Below, one piece after another: positions 14,751 to 27,579 of a stretch of 64,000 nucleotides of DNA. This DNA is from Lingula anatina (lineage: Eukaryota > Animalia > Brachiopoda), in the NCBI GenBank assembly GCA_051362555.1, contig CM120643.1, positions 18,046,848 through 18,110,847 on the forward strand. Reading direction: 5' to 3'. Below the pieces are notes generated by a model. The model was given only the letters and a program-made list of their open reading frames with translations, was not told the DNA's origin and ran no database searches. The position numbers were made by a program, and so were the translations under genes. Positions within the stretch are counted from its first letter, which is position 1, and every line of letters starts with the position of its first letter.

Positions 14751-17696
14751 TTATGTTAATATTGGCATTTTAAATGTGTGACTTTGAATTTTCATGGGCC
14801 TTAATACCTCTGCTAGCCACATTTCCTAGATACATGTATCTATGTTACCTGCAGTGCACAATTTAAAATTGAAGGTGATTATAAGCTGTTAAGCATTAGG
14901 TAACATTGCATCAAATTTGACAAAAAATATTTTGTGTAATGCCACTCGGGTGCTCTAACAGGGAAAATGTGTTACTTATTATTTTTAACTTACAAGAATC
15001 ATTAACGTGCAGATTAAATTGGCAATCCAGCTTGATTGGATTATTTTTCTCTGTTGTTGTCTGTACATTTGACAGCTTTGCTGCCTTTCTTACACGCCGT
15101 GTAGAATATAGACGTCAGCCAAAGTGACAGGAATGGTAGTCCGATAGAAACTTTGCTTTGTACTAATACTAACCATGGCACCACTTAGGCTAACCCTTGC
15201 CTGACCCTAGACTTCCGTTCTTTGGCATGGGCTACCATGCCTTAGGCTGTCACACCTTTTATTATGATTGGGTTTATGTTTTTCTCAGAATCTTAGAAAA
15301 AAATCAGTGAACTTGCCATCTCTGCTTATTTCCTCGTTCTGAATGTTTCCCCGTTCACCCATTCATCCAGATTTTTTTCTATGATAACACACATACTTGT
15401 GTTCATACTAATAGTTTCAGAATACAAATACATTGTAGCCCTAAGTATTTCCTGGTTGAATGTTTACCTGCTCGTCCAAATAACGCTTCCTGAGATAACA
15501 CGTAGATAAGACACATTCCTGTGTTCATTATAATTGGTCTCAACTACCATTAAAACAGGCAAGGAAGCTCTTACGTCACTACACAAAAGGGGAATCCCCT
15601 TTTCTGTCTCGGCCGAAACGTGCTGTTAGGAACTCGCCGCACGTCATCGAATAAACGCAAAGGGGGCAAATGGTTTCCGCCGCCGGCTCTTTGAGTGGTG
15701 GTTTTAATTACACATACCTGTGGTATATTGTTAGGTGACCATGATAAGAAGGGAACGCCGACAGGGAACCCATAATTAAAAGTCCCACTTGTTGACCCCG
15801 TAGTGTGACTTATACATTCGTTTCCTACGATCATACGTGCGCTGAGTGTTCAGGGCAAGAAAAGCGATGGGCCACCAGTGTCGGGTTTAGCTTAGGAAGT
15901 GTATTGGGGGGTGGGGGGGGGGGGGAAGATGGCAGCTCACTCCAGCCAAACGCTTAGCAACAAAAGAAAGATAAAAAACAAACAAACAAATCTATACAAA
16001 TGTATTGTCCGAAACGACATGCACACCGCATTGTGTCGAAACTTAAAGTATCGGAGCCGTAGTAGGTCCACTGAAAGGCTCGAGTGTGCAGGTAGATTTC
16101 CGATCAGAAATCGATTTCTTAAAAAGAAGTTTGCGGCCTAGTCGGGTTGACCCAAGGAATACAATGCGATTTGACGCAAAGGGCAATCCTTTAGGATGTC
16201 TTTTCATCTGTCTGCTCTAGGTTTATGTTAACCTCATCTCTTTGGGACGATGGCATGGGAGATCTGTTAGGGACGGGGATGAAATCCGCCCCCTCCTGCT
16301 AGCCCTTTCTAACCGGCATTCTAGCATAAAGCTCATACATGCAGTAGTCACACGGAGTGTTGACAAAAAGTAACAAGGTGGTATAAACAGACGGATGAAT
16401 AACATTACACGACACTTCCGCTTATGAAAAAAGAAAATAAGATCACGAATAAAGATGTGTTTAATGCTGACGTAAAATGACATGATTTTGTTGATAGAGC
16501 TGAATTGAGCTAAATAACAAAGGTGGGTCCGTTTTACATACAAGGAATGCTTATTTCGCAATGACTTGATATTGAATGGAAAGTACGAGTAAGTTTTAAA
16601 AATAGCCCAGGAGGTAAATAAGCCCATGCGTATCAAAGCTTGTTTCCATGTTTTTTCAAAACAAACAATTGGTCATCGGAACAATAGTATTCAAATGAGA
16701 TTGTACTTAAATAAAGGGTAGTCAGATATCGTGCTCATTTCAAATAAGTCGTCAGTGTGACATTTTGATGACGTACTGTAATTCTCTATTTTTTAGAATC
16801 TAGCGGAACGCTTCACGTCCGAACATTTGGAAGGCGAAATTAGGAAACGCAGGTAAACACGTATATGTATTACATTCATTATATTTGTAATTATAGTATT
16901 TTTCATTATCTGTCTTACTATCTATAAATTTATTTTTAGCTTAATGATAAATTACCAAGATCTTTAGTTTTAAATCTTCCGCTATTTTGCCTTAATTTAG
17001 AGAAGTATGCGTACCACGCACTTTTAGTTGACAAGATCTGCTAGAAGATAAATTTGGGGTACATGTATTTGCGAAGGATATGCTGAACATGAACATTATA
17101 TGCCTCCACTCCTTTTAGGTGCTACAAGTTCACAGTCTTACATAGGGCCTATATTAGTATTTTTTCAAATCTGGGGTTTATTATGAATTTTCGTCCTCTG
17201 CGTGATCTATGGTATAGAATGAAAGACGCTGTGATTTGAAACGTGTCTGACGGGATGGATGTTCGTAATTTAGGAATGATTACATTATTATAGTAAATTA
17301 TTACTAGGCAACAAAATAATTTACCATGTAAATCGCTTTAAGCTAATCTTGCAGGTGTCATGTTCTCCTCTAAACTGTCGAGTTTCCTCATTTGCCTTAA
17401 ATACTGCGACGGTATTGAAATATATAGTAATAACAACCCGTCGACATAGTTAAGCTTTTATAATTACTATTATTTTCATGAAATATTTGCAATTACATCG
17501 TTGATCGGTCAAAGTTGTTTAATCTAAGAGAGCTGTTATATTCAGAACTTATGGTCCGTTTCACTGCCGAGGTGTGTGTACAATGTACGGCAGTTCTATG
17601 CGCTGTGTGTAAATGCAGCTACCGTATGCATGCCTGCACGTAGCATCCTTTGATGTAGAGAGACGGCGTTCAGGTTTCTGGCGCGTGTCGTCTTTG

Positions 17697-17870
17697 GCCG
17701 GTGTGACAGGAATGGAAGTCCGCTAGGAACCGAGCTCCCTTCCCCATTACTTTGTACAGACGACATTCGTCTCACATACAAACTCCAATACCCCGACTTA
17801 CCCCAACCCGTACTAATCACATGGGACCCCCGACTTCCATTCCCCCCATTTCTATTCCTGTCACACCGGC
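17697..17870. mobile_element. MITE, GCCGGTGTGACAGGAAT family
   Basis: TIRs GCCGGTGTGACAGGAATGGAA / TTCTATTCCTGTCACACCGGC. Related ends at ~10957-10990, ~15124-15256 and ~34482-34503. Confidence 0.8.
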
Positions 17871-18836
17871 ATCAAGGGTTTGTATGGAAGTGTATTGAGT
17901 GGGAGTGGGTGGTGAAGTGTCCCACGTGGTGAACGTCAACGTTTATCAAAGACATATCTAAAACGACAGTCCTGTTCTTTTGGGTGTTAATATTTTGCAA
18001 TACATGATTTGAATTAAAACCAGTTTTGGTAACAAAGAAGTCCAGTCGTTCTGTATGCCTCATAAAGTTCAGGAAGATCGGTTATGAGCTTGACTGCTGA
18101 TCTACTCTTCTTCCTCGAGTTCTGTCATCGATACAAAAGACATAATACAGTATAGCCTGGTTGAATGTCAGTAGACTAAAATATATCTATCGGAATCTAG
18201 CCGCGGAGAAATGCCGACCATTCCTAACCCAAGAGTCACGTATTTAAATCGATGCGCGGTGTTTACCGAACCGCGTCAACGCTCGCTTCCAAATATGGAT
18301 CATCACTACGCTCGCGCCCGGAGTTCATTGAGAAAAAGTTATGAATGGCGTGCCTCGTTGTGTAATCCAGCCAGTTGGAGTACGCGAGAGGCCGCCGATG
18401 GCTCTACCGCCCCGGATACTGACTCAAGAGGACACAGTGCCACGCGCGCCTAAGAATGTTGCGGAAGACCACAAATACGACGGATTAATTTATCTAAAGT
18501 TAATCGAATAATATAAGTCATGATTGCCTGCAGGTGCACAGTGTGTAAACTCCTCTGTTTGGGTTATTTTAGTGAAACCGCAATGTTGTTAATATAAACG
18601 TAAGAGACATAATATACAAGAGAAACAATGAAGAGTGGAACAGAGTGAAATACTTCATCAAAATAAACGACAGATACACATAAAACGTTCGACAAATATA
18701 ATATAATTAAGCTCTTCTTTAAAAGAAGACAACACTAGAAAGATTTTGCTTGGTCTTTATATTCATCTACGGATCAACTCACTCATCAATATGTCTATTA
18801 ATCAGTTAAGTATATAATCATCTGTTGAATTAGATA

Positions 18837-19077
18837 TACACACACTGGACAATAGAAGTGTCATCCCCTGAATCAGAGTAATGAAAGTTATTAACCTGAA
18901 GATTCGGAATATAAGCAATGTCAGAATATCGATACAGTTGAATTGTTCAGTCAGAACCGTTTCTTTTGTGAAATTTGATGTTAACAAAATGATACCAGAG
19001 CATATCATCCACAGTCATTTATCTCCCCCAAAGTATTGGTTCAGTAGGGGTGACACTTCTATTGTCCATTGTGTGTA
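18837..19077. mobile_element. Tc1/mariner-type MITE
   Basis: ~38-bp TIRs TACACACACTGGACAATAGAAGTGTCATCCCCTGAATCA / TGGTTCAGTAGGGGTGACACTTCTATTGTCCATTGTGTGTA, with TA at both ends. Confidence 0.8.
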
Positions 19078-20009
19078 GGTACTCGAGGCACTTGCTACGG
19101 CGGAAAATATGTATAAATGCGTCAGGTAGAAAGATTCAGTATTTGTAAAAATACGCCAGACATTGTGGCTGATCAAATTACCCCTTAATTTACTCATTCA
19201 TTCGTTCTCATATCTTTGATAGGGTGGGTGGAGGAAGTATTATACCATTTCAGCTCGTCCTGACCTGGAAAAAAGAGTGAATTTTCTACTGGCGTGAGAG
19301 CATGGAACCGCCCCTGTGAATTGCATAATGAGAGTGACAATAACAATGGAAAGTTCAGTGGCATCTTGGACGAAAGGAACGTATTATTCTTCCAAGGTTA
19401 TGCGAATGCCCGATATTATTGTTGGTTTCTTTACAGGGTATAAGTGGCATGGCAAAGACATGTTTGGTGTCTCGCCATCTAGGCCTATCTTTCTGCTTGT
19501 AAAACTTCGAAGATAGCATTACGCTTTTGAAACGAAAAACGGAAACCGGTTTGCGTCTAAAACGCGTCACAGGGCAACAAATCCCCTGTACATCAAATAA
19601 ATGAATAGATTTATAAATTCGTAAAGAATAAATGATAAACCCGACAATTAAATAGTCGACTTTCAAGTGCACTGAGGGTGTCTACGAAAATTGGCTAATC
19701 AAATTGATTAGCCATGGCTAAAAGTAGATATTAATTTAAACCGGCCCGAACGGAATTCATTTTTGTGTCTGTATAAAAACGACTTAACTCTTTTTGCGAT
19801 CTGGTACACGAAATCTACATAATACTCTCGTGTCATCGGCCAAAAACGAGGAAATTGAAAAAAGATCAACAGCATAGATTATATTTTATTACTGTATGCA
19901 CCTGTTGCTTGCTTAGAAACTTAGTGATGGAATAGCAATATGGAAAGGTATTAAATAAGCATTCAGAGTTGCTAATGGACCCAAATGAACGACTACCCTC
20001 CGCCCCCCC

Positions 20010-20040
<31 letters not shown>

Positions 20041-21746
20041 ACACAAACACACTTATTACACTTCTACCTGGTTATATCTTTGACTTTACGACGATTTTCT
20101 TTACGGTCTTTACCCCATGGTATGTTTATGAGCGCCCGATATGAAGGCATTGACCTCGCAGTTATTGTATAAGGGCGAAATCGTCTGGAAAATGCATTTA
20201 TTGAAAATTTAGGCTATCATTTGTCAAGCAATTGAGAGAGAGAGAGAGAGAGAGATGAGGGAGAGAGAGAGAGAGAGGCATGCCTGACAAGGTCCAATCT
20301 GAGCCAGGAAGATGATTGGTGACGGTAAGGTGACAGGCCTGAAAACCAAAGCCAAGAGGGTCATCGTTTCATCAACCTGTTGGTATCGATCGGTCGTTTT
20401 TCCCGACCGCGAGGATCGGGACCACGTCGTTACCTGCTGATACACATGTACATGTTCACACGTGCGCGTGTCGTTTGACACATATCTTTTCAACTTGGAT
20501 CTTCATGACTCACATCTTTCCTAAATGACGTTTTATGCGTAATTGAGCTACCCTAATGACAATGTTAAAGAGAATCTCACAAATGGCTTCCCGTCGTAAG
20601 GATGTCCCCGTCGTTATCTTAATATGATAATTATAACACCTGAGCGTGTTCCACAAGGTAGAGACTTTTTGATACGATCTATATATAGGTTTGAGTCACC
20701 CGCACCAAAAGGTGTCAGGCACTATTTAGCTTAGACCTCGCTGTACCTGGCAGTTTGTCAAAATCGGTTCTAACTGTCCCTCTAATTGCTAGCCACTCCC
20801 CTCAAAGGGGCATCGACGAATGACCTATGTGGTCACAAAATTAACCAGGAAGACGATAGTTTAAAGGCAACAGACGATCCCAAAGAAATTCATTTGTTAT
20901 TCGAAAGAACAAGTCAGCGGTATTGACACAGAACTTCTGCAACCGGCTATTTCATACAGACAACTCAGAGTGCAGTTAAGGTTCGAATATTTAAAGGTAA
21001 AAATATGTATGTCTCGACACTTTTAAGATTAATTAAAATTATTTTAGGTATTAATTTTATTACGTAAAAAGGCATTACAAATGTATATTGATTCAACGTT
21101 AAATTTAGATTCCTAACGTTTGATGTCGTGTTAGAAAGAATGTGGAAATGTTTGCGATAGAATGGTCGATATACATTGGTAAACATGCCGTCAGAAGGAT
21201 GATAAAATGGTAGTTTTGGATTAGGTATTGTGACGCAATCTCTGATCTGATCTGATTTCGTTCTGTACTCTGCGCTTTAGTGTCCTATGTGGACTGTCTT
21301 GACAACTAGCGCCTGTCTATGCGGGCAGCCCACCTTTGGACGAATAAACGGTTAAAGATAAGATGGGATTTCCGAAGCAATATATTGCCCGAAAATGTAA
21401 TAATTTCGCAAGTTATTACAAGTAAAAATTCGTAACATGCCTACTAGTTAAGAATTCTGTGAATCTCCCTGAGCACCGACGCAGAGTTTTATCTGTCACA
21501 GGTTTACACACTCAGGAACTCGTTGTGTTGGCCTTATCCAAATTTTACAATGCAGTCAGTGCAGTAACGTCGTAGTCTACGTAGTTTAGGTCGATTCGGT
21601 AATGCTCTTTATTGTGTAATATAAATGCCCCCTTCTAGCTGCTATAGGTGTAGTTATGAGGCATGCTGGGGTGTCAAAAGTTATTTGGAGATATCGGATT
21701 ACTGTTTTTTAATCGTTCTGACCTACGTATGAAGTGTTATACGTAA

Positions 21747-21780
<34 letters not shown>

Positions 21781-23302
21781 TATATACTAAGTTGCCTATT
21801 AAGATAAAACCAGTGCCACTATAACCAAGCCTACTGACATGTATATGGAACGGTGCAGTGTCTATTCTATCCCTTTTTACCATTCTTCCCTCTCCTCTCC
21901 TTCTCTCTCTCCTATCTTTATTTTTCCCCTTTCCTCTCTCTCTCTTTTTTACTCACATTCCTCCTTGCCTCCGATTGTGAATACAAGTCTTATTATTCTA
22001 GCCACTACGTAGAAAATATATACAAACACAAGAATTGAACGAGTATCGCTGACATTAGCCGCTATCCACACCACCTGGCAATTAGCTGTTCTTTTTATAT
22101 CTTTCTGTCTGGCAAAGTGCATATTTCTACTAACAATTTCATCAGGTGAAAACTGATATAGCTTTATTTGTAAATTCGTGCAAGTGAAGGCGCGCTCAAT
22201 TATCATTTAGTCTTACATTTTACGTAAATTGATATCTTTTATCTCCTCCGATTTTTGCGGCTATTGATCATTCCTTTGTTCCACAAAGATATAAATAGTG
22301 TTTCCTTTGCTGGATTACTGAATTTACTTACCTACTGATTTATTGAATTCTGGCATTAATTGTTATAGTGCTTATCATCACCATAACTACGGTCAACAAA
22401 TCAAGCACGAAACAACGGGAAAAAATGAGACGGGTTCAAATGTATGGGAATTCAATCATCCTTCCGCCTACCCATCTGTTAAACACTGAAATCAACTCCA
22501 ATGATCACTTCTCATTGCATCAGCTGACGCCTAAGTCAACTTGGGTGCAAAGTGATACGAAAATCCAACAAAATCGATTTCGCGGGGGTGGGGATGAAAA
22601 GTGTACGAAGCGAATGTGCAAAATTTTTGTACCTGAAACCTCGGGCACATCTAGCTGATCAACTGTTTTTTTTTCATCCTGGATTTTAGAGATTGCTGAA
22701 AAAGCATTCTTATTATAAGCGTGTTTCTTCTGCTTGGAAATATATATTAGAAACTCAGGGTAGCTCTGTCATACCCCGTTGGGCAAAACATCTTTGTTGT
22801 GTGCCCAGGGGAGAAAAAAAGCACTTTCTGAAAATGGAATCACAAGACTGTCTATAGCATTCGATTCCGAGGAAACGATTTTCTCACCAAAACTGCGCAT
22901 GTTCTAGCTGAAGCCCCAGGGCGGATTTACATTAATGTTAGGCCCACCCCTTTCTGTTGCTTTCTCTAATAGCGGGTCGCCTAATTAATCTGAATTCGAA
23001 CAGGCTGGGTCGTCCATGTAGACAACCCAATACGCTCTCCAGGGGCGGATCCAGAGATATTTTATAACAATCTTCCAATGATTTCTGTGTTGATCCATCC
23101 ACCACTTTTGACCATCTTCCGACAGAAAAAAAAAATAGATGCCCATAATAAGATGCCCGTCAATGTAAACTTGAAACATTCTGACCGTCTCTTGGAAGAC
23201 AAAAAATGCGGCTTCTCTTTGACACTAGATGTTCTCAGATATTTCTCCTGCTTATGATGGGCTAATCTGAATCAAGTTATTAAATTTCTATATTTCGACA
23301 AA

Positions 23303-23349
<47 letters not shown>

Positions 23350-24116
23350 AAATAGACAAATGGTAGGTTATAGACCTTTTCTACATGTTTTAGCACCAGG
23401 TAAGATAAACATAAAATGCACGCGTTATTAATAAATCCTGCATATTCGCTGACATTGGCTTTTACTGTGATGCTCTCACTTAGACGAGAAAGTTTCAATA
23501 ATTCCTCCAAATGCACAGCGGTTAACCAATGAGAGGATTCCAGGTATTAACTATCCCTTGATTAATTCTATGTGTCGCGATCGTATTTCTTGAATCTCGT
23601 GGCTTTTGGTCACGTTTTTAATACCGATAATATCTCGGAAGGCACAGCAGTCAACTAATGAGGAGATTTTAGGTATTAACTATCCCTTGATTAAGTCTCG
23701 TGAGTCGCAAACGTGTTTCTTGAATCTCGTGACTTGTGATCACGTTTCGCTAGCAATCAAAGTAACGCGTGCGGTCTTCACTGTCAGCTATTTTGAAACT
23801 CCTGGCTTACCTGCTAATCAAGAAATTGAGGCAAACAAAACATCTCCACATACCACATACCACATTAAACATTGTAGTCGTGCACAATTATTGTCACCGT
23901 GGTCAACACTTGTCCTCTTTGTCTTCCTTGTTGTCTTGAAATTAAACCATTTGCTCACGAAGCGAACAAGCAGAACGTACACGAACAAAATGCCCACCAT
24001 CTCAGTGTGTGCTTCTATGTTTAAACAATGTGTAAGCATTTTTTTAAAGGGAAGCTGTTTGCCAATGATCTAGATGTGACTCTATGATTATATTGTGGTC
24101 TCGTGTTATTCTGTTG

Positions 24117-24252
24117 TAGTCTAGTGTTAGTGTACCATAGTCTAGTGTCAGTGTACCATAGTCTAGTGTTAGTGTACCATAGTCTAGTGTTAGTGTACCA
24201 TAGTCTAGTGTTAGTGTACCATAGTCTAGTGTTATTGTATTGTAGTCTAGTT
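24117..24252. repeat. 21-bp minisatellite (TAGTCTAGTGTTAGTGTACCA)n, ~6 copies
   Basis: Direct reading; it produces the repetitive LVLVYHS ORF. Confidence 0.92.
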
Positions 24253-26479
24253 AAGTGTTATCTCATCGCATTTGTCAAACTATTACTTCAATTTTACCTA
24301 TACGTCCTGGTGCAAAAGTTACAATAAGCATTTATTCATATCTTGGACATATTTGTAATTTTGCTCATGTTCATATTAGGCAGTAGATCTCGGCTTCCAA
24401 GGTAAAAAATTAACACAAATGTAACTCCGAAGGCACGTTCCTCGGTTTAAACGTGCTTCTCCATCTCCAAATACGCTATGCCATTATGTGAAAAATCAGA
24501 AATAGAAAGTTCAATTATAGGGTGTTTTCTTCCATGGCTAAACCATACACGTATTGAATCCCCATTATGAGACAAAAGTATAGATAATGGGTAGCAATTA
24601 TGTAATTGCTCGGAACGAAGCTTATCAACACTTATTGTGGAGATATCCATAATAAACTGTGACCTGCAGAAGCATTTGTTACTGGAAAATAGGACATGTG
24701 GCACTGACATTGCGACTTTTTTCTTTCTGAATTAAGGAGCTTTATGCAGTAGCCCTCAAAGGGCGTGCTGAAATACAAGATCATACAAGGCATCAGCACT
24801 GGAGGTGCACTTAATCGCAAAATGCTCTCAGCTGTAGTTTTCCATTGATACGACTATTAATCCACTCTGTATACAATATGCAAAACTTTGTAAAATTTTA
24901 TATAATTTTTGATGATTTTAATGCTTAAAGTAATAGAAATATCCATATATTTTTACGGTCAGCCGATTAGGACTTATTAATCGTACGCGCTTTTACAAAA
25001 CTAGCTATCTTATTCAGCTTAAAGAAAATAAAAGCCTATAAGTTTTAATACCTTCATAAACAGAGTTTTCTTTTGTGCGGTCATCCTTTAATACTCTGGT
25101 CACTATTCATGAACCGCTGTCCGGAAGTCGGCTACCGTTAATATCCATTCTCTGTTTGATTAGGAATTTAGAGTGGCATTTTAACTTTGTGAAACCGCTT
25201 TTGATTCCATTATCAAACATATTGTATGCTACTTGTCACAAACATACATGTGAAACTTTCTTTGTGCGTCGTGGTTTGGTCAGGTATGCCAGTGATTGAC
25301 TGTGAAAAGGGGTCTATCAATTGATTGTCCCCAAACCGCAAAGGATCAGTGAGATCGAGAGACTGATAAGTCTGAAGGAGCGCTGCTTTTGCCTGTTTTG
25401 TTTCCCGCCTTCGCATTTAACACCTGTATATTACTCTATTAAAATTTTGACAATCGATGACTTTTTCTGTAACTTCCGGAGTAGTTGTGGCACAACAAAG
25501 GTAGGTAATAATAGACGGAAATACCGAACGCTATCGGAGGAAATTCTTGATTGGTTCGGAGTCCACAGCCGTCGAAAGGCAGACATGTGTAAAGAAAACA
25601 AATTATATTTATCTTAGTTAGCATCAATCGTTTTAAAGAATTCTTGAAGAGTTGGCGAATATCAGAAGAGCGTCCTTCGCATACAAAAAAATCCAAGGTA
25701 ATCAGAAGCTTTATATTAGATATTTTTACGAAGGTTTTAGTAAATATTGAAATAATATGTGTAGATCAAGCAACGTATTCATGTTATTACGAGAATAAAA
25801 AGATGAAATGAGAGCACTGAAGATTCAATTATCTAAAAAAAAAAGCTTGGTACAAACTGCATTTTGCACACGGTAGTTTTTATCAAATTCTTATATAATA
25901 TTTGTTTTTATTCCATCGTGTGTCCCGTTCGTTTTTAAATGTTAGCAAAATTTGTATTTGTATTTACCTAAACAGTTAAATGGGTGGTTTGATTCAGTTT
26001 AAAATTCTTTAACGAATACGATCACCGTTAAATAATATGTACTTCAATAGGCCATGTAAAAAATCGGTTGGCCAATGTGGAAAACACGTTTGCATACAAT
26101 GTTTTGTATGATTGGGAATTCTTATCTCATCATTGATAAAAAATAATGATAAAAACATGGCCAAAATTTAGTTTTTATCTTCATATTTCTGTCCAACAAT
26201 CCGAAGCTTAGGCCTACACACTTAAGTTTTTCAGTTGATTTTGTTGCTAGCTATATTTCACGTTGAAGACCACGCGTTTTCCCTGAAATGCGGTTACGCT
26301 TAATGGTTGTTTTATTTCAAAGTATCATTTTGATCTTCAAAAAAGGAAATCCTTAATAAAAGACTTGAATGTAATTTAAATATCACATTCGGATCGAAAA
26401 CAGATTCAAGGATAAAATGATCACCTTAAATTTAATCAACTTGGTGCGTCAACGGATTCTCATAAATACACAGACTTAG

Positions 26480-26693
26480 ACTGCATTCCCACAGATTTAG
26501 ATCGATCCATCTGGACCGACCTAACTCCCTGGGGGTTCACGCTACATTGCTGTCAGTCGAGCGCGCACGGAAGTTAATTACCCCCTTACAGCTTTTGGTA
26601 GGCGGGGCAGACATTTAAGCCGGCTAAGCTGACAGTAATCTAGTGAGACTCCCCACGGGGATAGATCGATCTAAAATCTGTGGGAATGCAGTC
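26480..26693. mobile_element. Palindromic MITE, GATCGATC family
   Basis: TIRs GACTGCATTCCCACAGATTTAGATCGATC / GATCGATCTAAAATCTGTGGGAATGCAGTC. The internal sequence AGACATTTAAGC...TAGTGAGACTCCCC is shared with the copies at ~49951 and ~52291. Confidence 0.8.
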
Positions 26694-26871
26694 ATAAGCT
26701 AGCCCATGTAGATGCCGTATTCTAAATAAGAAGATGGTGAATTTTCCTTCAGCCTTGAGTAACCACAGTGGGATTTACAACCATATCACCACCGGACCCC
26801 GGGGGAGGGGGGATGGTGGGAGGGTATCGTAATGTTTCTATGCTTACCTTCGCTGGACAAATGTAAATTAG

Positions 26872-27131
26872 ACCCCATTCCCACAAACACACCATCGGTC
26901 TACGTCGATCGACCCAACTCCGAGGGGTCTCCTGCTAAGTGCAGTCAGCTTAACCGAATGCCGCACCTCTTGTTTCTAACGTGTTTGTATAATCTCCAGT
27001 TTTTTTTTCTGTATTCTACTTAACGCCAGAAGAAGGCGTGTTTTAAGATATGTTAAACTTCTGGGACTTGGCGACAGTCCCCGCACGGTTGGGTCAACCC
27101 ACGTAAGCCGATGTGTCTATGGGAATTGTCC
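26872..27131. mobile_element. Degenerate MITE related to the GATCGATC family
   Basis: Inverted arms ATTCCCACAAACAC..ATCGGTCTACGTCGATCGACCCAAC / GTTGGGTCAACCCACGTAAGCCGATGTGTCTATGGGAAT. Confidence 0.6.
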
Positions 27132-27544
27132 CTTAGGGTGTAAAGACAAGGATAAACAGCATGAAAGTGTTCGTAGGCTTTCGCACAGGTAAAATAACAT
27201 TTGACAAAGTTGATAATTATTTCATGGAGTAAGTAATAATTCTTGCTAGTCTATAAAGGGGACAAAAAGAGGATTTTCATTGTATTTAGTAAATAACGAG
27301 TTGTGAAATAGTAAAAGTTGTATCGTTAAAGGTAGTATCGCAACAGTTTGGAAGGGGTTTTTAACTTAATTTTTGATCTAAGCACGAAATAACAACGTGT
27401 TTCCAACAGAAAAGGTTAGAAAATGGAATAAGTAATAAGCAAAAGGAACTTAGAAAGACTTAATTGGACGCCTTAGACATATATTGTTTGGTACATGTAT
27501 ATTTATTTCAGTAAAACATATTTAGATCATATAAGAGTTTACAA

Positions 27545-27579
<35 letters not shown>

